Source of the DNA: Candidatus Thorarchaeota archaeon
GTDB lineage: Archaea; Asgardarchaeota; Thorarchaeia; Thorarchaeales; Thorarchaeaceae
Reading direction: 5' to 3'
Length of the DNA stretch: 11,509 bases
Assembly: GCA_016839605.1 (NCBI GenBank)
Contig: JAEOTX010000155.1
Span: 1 to 11,509, forward strand
Positions 7,673-11,509 of this stretch are shown here, one piece after another. The position numbers and the translations under genes were made by a program. Each line of letters starts with the position of its first letter. Position 1 is the first letter of the stretch. A model generated the notes under the pieces. That model saw only the letters and a program-made list of their open reading frames with translations. It had not been told where the DNA came from and ran no database searches.

Positions 7673-9103
7673 ATGTTTGACAAGTTACAGCAAAGTGTAG
7701 ATGCCGCAGAGAAATTCGGAGCTGATTTTGTAGAGGCACGCTATGATGACCTCACATTGAGAACCCTACAACGAACTGACGATATCTGGAAAGACATCCA
7801 GATTAAATCAAGAATGGGCGTGGCCATCACGAGCTATGTCGAGGGCGTATCAGGCTTCTCCTTCTCTGCAAGCAGTGATACGAAGGACATCTTGATAGCT
7901 GCTGAGAAGTCGGTAAAGATGGCAAAAGCATCAGCGGCTGTGGCTAGTTTGAAACTGCCATTTGAAGGCCGTGACCCTGTTACAAGCAAAAAATCCGACA
8001 CAAAGAGTGTGAAGAAACATCCCAGAGATTTCGATCTCGCATACAAAACAGACTTGGTCAATAGATCTGTAGAAACTGCGCGAGAATTTGGTGACAGTAT
8101 TCGCAACATCAGGGGCCTCTATGGTGAGCTCTATGGACCCAAGTATCTTGTGAATAGTGATGGCTCACGCATTGAATGGAATTTCTTAGTAACAGACTTG
8201 CGGTGCCTAGTCACTTCGATGACCCCGTCTGGTGACATGGTCAATGGCAGTGAGGGTAAGGGCGGGACATATGGCCTGGAGATATTTGACGCCAAGGATA
8301 CTACACCTGAATCCATCGGTGAAGCTGCAGGTTCTCGAGCAAAAGAACAACTAAAGGCGAAAGCCTGCCCTGCAGGGAAGTTCCGGGCAATGATTGAGAA
8401 CCGGCTCACTGGCGTGCTAGCTCACGAGAGTTTTGGCCATCTCAGTGAAGCCGATTTCATTGTCACTGGTGGATCTCCTCTAACTGACAAGATTGGGGTT
8501 GGACTCGGAACTGAACATGCCACTATTATTGACGGCGGAAAGATAGACATCGAAAAGTATGGTGGATTGTGGCTTCCTTACGATGATCAAGGGACTCCTA
8601 CATCGAAGACAACCGTTCTTGACAATGGAACTCTCAGACATTACCTCCATGACAGAGGCACTGCAACAAAGCTCGGTCAGGATCCAACCGGTAATTCAAG
8701 AGCAGTGAATTTCGTGTTTCCGCCAATATGTAGGATGACTAATACTTACTTTGCGCCAGGTGACTTGACTGAGGATGAGGCTCTAGAACTACTTGGAACG
8801 GGAGTGTATGCAATCCAATCATCAGGAGGTCAGGTCCAGGGTGATGGTAGTTTTCTATTCAAGGCCATACGTGGCTACTGGGTTGATAAAGGTGAGATGC
8901 AATATCCAATCAGAGAGGTTTCACTCTCTGGCAATATCCTAGAATTACTATCCAAGGTTGAAGGAGGGACGAAGGAGCTGAAGATTTCCTCAGGCTACTT
9001 TGGAGGTTGCGGAAAAGGTGACCAGTATCCATTACCCACAGGATTGGGCGGCCCGAAGCTGGTCATTGATGGCGTTACATTTGGAGGAGAGGCTGGCGCT
9101 TAA
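7673..9103 (+). CDS. tldD: TldD-family metalloprotease, catalytic subunit
   Basis: HESFGH metal motif (H251, 8423-8440), YDDQG, TGNSRA, RMTNTY, and C-terminal GGCGK.DQ with the conserved Cys ligand (C446). Confidence 0.93.
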   Translation: MFDKLQQSVDAAEKFGADFVEARYDDLTLRTLQRTDDIWKDIQIKSRMGVAITSYVEGVSGFSFSASSDTKDILIAAEKSVKMAKASAAVASLKLPFEGRDPVTSKKSDTKSVKKHPRDFDLAYKTDLVNRSVETAREFGDSIRNIRGLYGELYGPKYLVNSDGSRIEWNFLVTDLRCLVTSMTPSGDMVNGSEGKGGTYGLEIFDAKDTTPESIGEAAGSRAKEQLKAKACPAGKFRAMIENRLTGVLAHESFGHLSEADFIVTGGSPLTDKIGVGLGTEHATIIDGGKIDIEKYGGLWLPYDDQGTPTSKTTVLDNGTLRHYLHDRGTATKLGQDPTGNSRAVNFVFPPICRMTNTYFAPGDLTEDEALELLGTGVYAIQSSGGQVQGDGSFLFKAIRGYWVDKGEMQYPIREVSLSGNILELLSKVEGGTKELKISSGYFGGCGKGDQYPLPTGLGGPKLVIDGVTFGGEAGA

Positions 9104-9109
9104 GGAGGT
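9102..9109 (+). promoter_or_regulatory. Strong Shine-Dalgarno site AAGGAGGT for pmbA, overlapping the tldD stop codon
   Basis: Lies 7 nt upstream of ATG 9117. Confidence 0.8.
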
Positions 9110-9116
9110 AACAAAG

Positions 9117-10511
9117 ATGGAATATGATAGTCTGAAAGATGAGCTCTTGTCGATTGCTGATACATCATTGAAGTACGCTACCTCACTAGACAGTTCTGCT
9201 GAGTTTGAAGTGTTCCTGTTCTTTAATAGCGAAACCCATGCTGAGATATCACAGGGTGTTGTTAAGGCGAAAGACGGCATAACTTTAGGCAATGCTGTTC
9301 GAGCCGCAAAAGGGAAACGTGTGGGATTTGCCTGCGCAAGTGGCATAGCAATTGAAAGAGTGAAACTGAGTGTAACTGAAGCACTTGGCATAGTCAATAG
9401 CATCAAGGTTGAGGATGAAAGATTCCAGGGCTTCTCTGATCCTAGTCCTCCTGGAAAGGATGGCGTTTTCGCAGAAGAGATTCTAGAGATTGATACCGAT
9501 TTCCTACTGAAGTCTAGTGAAGCAATGATAGCTGAAGCCAAGTCTGTTGACGAGCGTGCAAAAATCATTAGTGGAGAAGCTTCGGCATCTTGGGGTGGCT
9601 ATGCTGTTGCAAATAGCCGCGGAGTTCTCCAAGGCTCAGTCTTTGGTGATAATGGTTGTGTAGTCCAAGTTCAAGCTATAGAAGGAGAGGAACGTAGGGG
9701 TGCTTTCGAGTTTGATGTGGCACGTGACCGTGTGTACAAAGCCGATGGATTGGGAAGAATGGCAGCTGAGGAAGCTGTGTCTCTACTTGGCGCTAAGAAA
9801 TTGGATATAACATCAAAAATGAGGACACTCTGGACCCATATCCCAGCAGCATTGTATGTTCTATCAAGTTTGGGACAGTCTGTACTAGGGCAGCCAGTGG
9901 TTGAGGGTAGATCACCGCTTAACGACAAGATTGGAGAAGCTATCGCCAAAAGTGACCTGACCATCGTAGATAATGGACAGAAACCCATTGGTTTAGGAAC
10001 GCATGCTGTCGACCAAGAGGGGCATCCACAGAGGAAAAATCCGATTATTGAAAAAGGAGTCTTGAAGGGCTTCTTGTTCAATACATACTATGCACGTGCT
10101 TTTGGGGTTGAGTCAACAGGGAATTGTGCTCGCGGCGGTGGTGCATTTCAGAGCAGCAATCCGTATGAATCCTCACCAGGAGTTGTCACCAAATGGTTAG
10201 AGATCAGTGCAGGAACGAAGTCTGAGGAGGACATCATCTCAGAAGTAGACGATAAAGCTGTACTCATCAAAGGATTCCCTTTGGGAATATTCCACACGAA
10301 TGTCAGCACTGGCGAATTCTCCATTGTAGCGGGTGAGGCCTTTTTGGTCGAGAAAGGTGAAGTCAAGTATCCAATCCAGCCTGTTTCAATCGCTGGCAAT
10401 TTCTACGAGGGTTTCAAGAATCTGACAGGAATCTCCAGCGAATTACGTCCACTTCCTTGGGGTATAGAGAATCCAATGTTTGCCTTTGATGGGTTTTCTG
10501 TCACCGGATAA
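9117..10511 (+). CDS. pmbA: PmbA/TldE-family non-catalytic partner subunit
   Basis: Motifs ANSRG, DQEGHP, IIEKGVLKGFL..TYYAR, STGNC.R, TGEFS and IAGNF; no HExxH. Directly follows tldD. True start is ATG 9117 rather than TTG 9000. Confidence 0.92.
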   Translation: MEYDSLKDELLSIADTSLKYATSLDSSAEFEVFLFFNSETHAEISQGVVKAKDGITLGNAVRAAKGKRVGFACASGIAIERVKLSVTEALGIVNSIKVEDERFQGFSDPSPPGKDGVFAEEILEIDTDFLLKSSEAMIAEAKSVDERAKIISGEASASWGGYAVANSRGVLQGSVFGDNGCVVQVQAIEGEERRGAFEFDVARDRVYKADGLGRMAAEEAVSLLGAKKLDITSKMRTLWTHIPAALYVLSSLGQSVLGQPVVEGRSPLNDKIGEAIAKSDLTIVDNGQKPIGLGTHAVDQEGHPQRKNPIIEKGVLKGFLFNTYYARAFGVESTGNCARGGGAFQSSNPYESSPGVVTKWLEISAGTKSEEDIISEVDDKAVLIKGFPLGIFHTNVSTGEFSIVAGEAFLVEKGEVKYPIQPVSIAGNFYEGFKNLTGISSELRPLPWGIENPMFAFDGFSVTG

Positions 10512-10535
10512 GTGATTCACCAGAATAAGCCAATC

Positions 10536-11468
10536 CTAGAACAGCGCCAAGTATAATCCAAGCAACGCCAAGGCTAATGCAACTATCAAGATAGGCACTG
10601 TGCCGTAATCCCGCTCAGAAACGACCTCTTGACCCATTTCTGCTCTGAGTGTCACAACCTCATTCAAGACCTCTCTCTCATTGACACGACTTGCCATTGC
10701 TGTAGCAAGTAACATAGCTACTGTGGATAGGGAGACTGTTACTGAGATTCTTTCTGCTATTGCTTCTTGAGCATTGGCTTCGTCAAGCTTCTGATCAATT
10801 TGGTTCTGCAGGTCCTGTATCTGGCTCAATAGGAAGTATTCGCAGAGGAATTCAACTCCTGCATCCTCACGAATGAACATCTCTGCACCAGTTTCGCGGT
10901 CATGAGGCCGCATTAGAAACGGCAATTCTTGAATTGCGGAATAGCTGAAATACATTCCATAGTACTCCATAGGGGTTTCAATTGCTACCGGGGAGCCGTG
11001 CTCATCAATGAAGGCAGTCCACATTTCCCAAGTGATAGAGAAGTCGTAGCCCTCGCTTTCTTCACTGGCAATCCAATAGGTGCTGGTTGACCCATTGAAA
11101 TGTCTATACAGATGCAGGATGAGTAGCATGCTTTGATAGCTATTCAACTGGTCAAGCATTTCGGCAGCTTTTCTGACATAGATTTCTCGCCGCTCGGGAA
11201 TAATACTGCTATTCAGCAACTCAAACTCTCTATCTACCCATATTGTTTCCATCAGGAGATCATTGTACTCCCGAACCCTCGTAACATCTCGCTGCATTAG
11301 GAAATAAGCTTTGGACTCCATTCGTTGGAGATCATCCTGCATTGCACGAGCATCTTCATGCATTTGAGTTGCAGCTGAGGAGTAGTCTTCTTGGAAACTT
11401 CCTGCGACATAAGCTATACCGGAGATCAGTAAGATTGTAAGAGTCGCAAGTATGTATTGCTTCTTCAT
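10536..11468 (-). CDS. Hypothetical membrane protein: N-terminal signal/anchor, helical/coiled-coil ectodomain, two C-terminal hydrophobic helices
   Basis: MKKQYILATLTILLISGIAYVAG at the N-terminus; coiled-coil-like segments (DARAMQDDLQRME, IQDLQNQIDQKLDEANAQE); hydrophobic ISVTVSLSTVAMLLATAMA and TVPILIVALALALLGLYLALF. Preceded by a perfect SD. Confidence 0.85.
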   Translation of the reverse strand: MKKQYILATLTILLISGIAYVAGSFQEDYSSAATQMHEDARAMQDDLQRMESKAYFLMQRDVTRVREYNDLLMETIWVDREFELLNSSIIPERREIYVRKAAEMLDQLNSYQSMLLILHLYRHFNGSTSTYWIASEESEGYDFSITWEMWTAFIDEHGSPVAIETPMEYYGMYFSYSAIQELPFLMRPHDRETGAEMFIREDAGVEFLCEYFLLSQIQDLQNQIDQKLDEANAQEAIAERISVTVSLSTVAMLLATAMASRVNEREVLNEVVTLRAEMGQEVVSERDYGTVPILIVALALALLGLYLALF

Positions 11469-11472
11469 ATCT

Positions 11473-11480
11473 TCACCTCC
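11473..11480 (-). promoter_or_regulatory. Shine-Dalgarno site GGAGGTGA for the membrane protein gene
   Basis: TCACCTCC on the + strand, 4 nt before the ATG at 11468. Confidence 0.8.
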
Positions 11481-11509
11481 TTAACATTGCGTAGCCCGTT
11501 AGGACATAC

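Noticed and set aside
9000-9116. N-terminal extension of PmbA in the ORF track
   Set aside because: Overlaps the conserved tldD C-terminus; a perfect SD supports ATG 9117.
618-10399. Numerous short antisense or alternate-frame ORFs (e.g. 9032-9568, 9671-10081, 4475-4777, 2313-2546)
   Set aside because: They lie within well-supported genes, have shadow-ORF composition and show no motifs.
1-11509. CRISPR array, IS/transposase, integrase, rRNA or defence system
   Set aside because: No spaced repeats, terminal inverted repeats, or recognisable mobile-element, nuclease or NTPase motifs were seen.

Overview
Gene-dense window, probably archaeal and possibly Asgard/Thorarchaeota. That assignment is inference from the TPR family N-terminus, the strong GGAGG(TGA) Shine-Dalgarno sites and the frequent GTG/TTG starts. 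On the + strand: the tail of an upstream CDS, then a tightly packed five-gene nitrogen-catabolic cluster (class-III PLP omega-aminotransferase, PA-domain M28-family hydrolase, nitrilase-superfamily C-N hydrolase, PuuE/HpPgdA-like CE4 amidohydrolase, NAD-type SDR). A stand-alone TPR protein and a tldD-pmbA(tldE) metalloprotease pair follow. A three-TM, coiled-coil membrane protein lies convergently on the - strand. Two signals stand out. First, the M28 protein has lost both unique ligands of one metal site (AEE->AEN, YHT->YQT) while keeping the other site and the catalytic Glu. Second, the five-gene cluster reads like an uncharacterised ring-opening / decarbamoylation / transamination / reduction pathway. 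No RNA genes, CRISPR arrays or mobile elements were seen.
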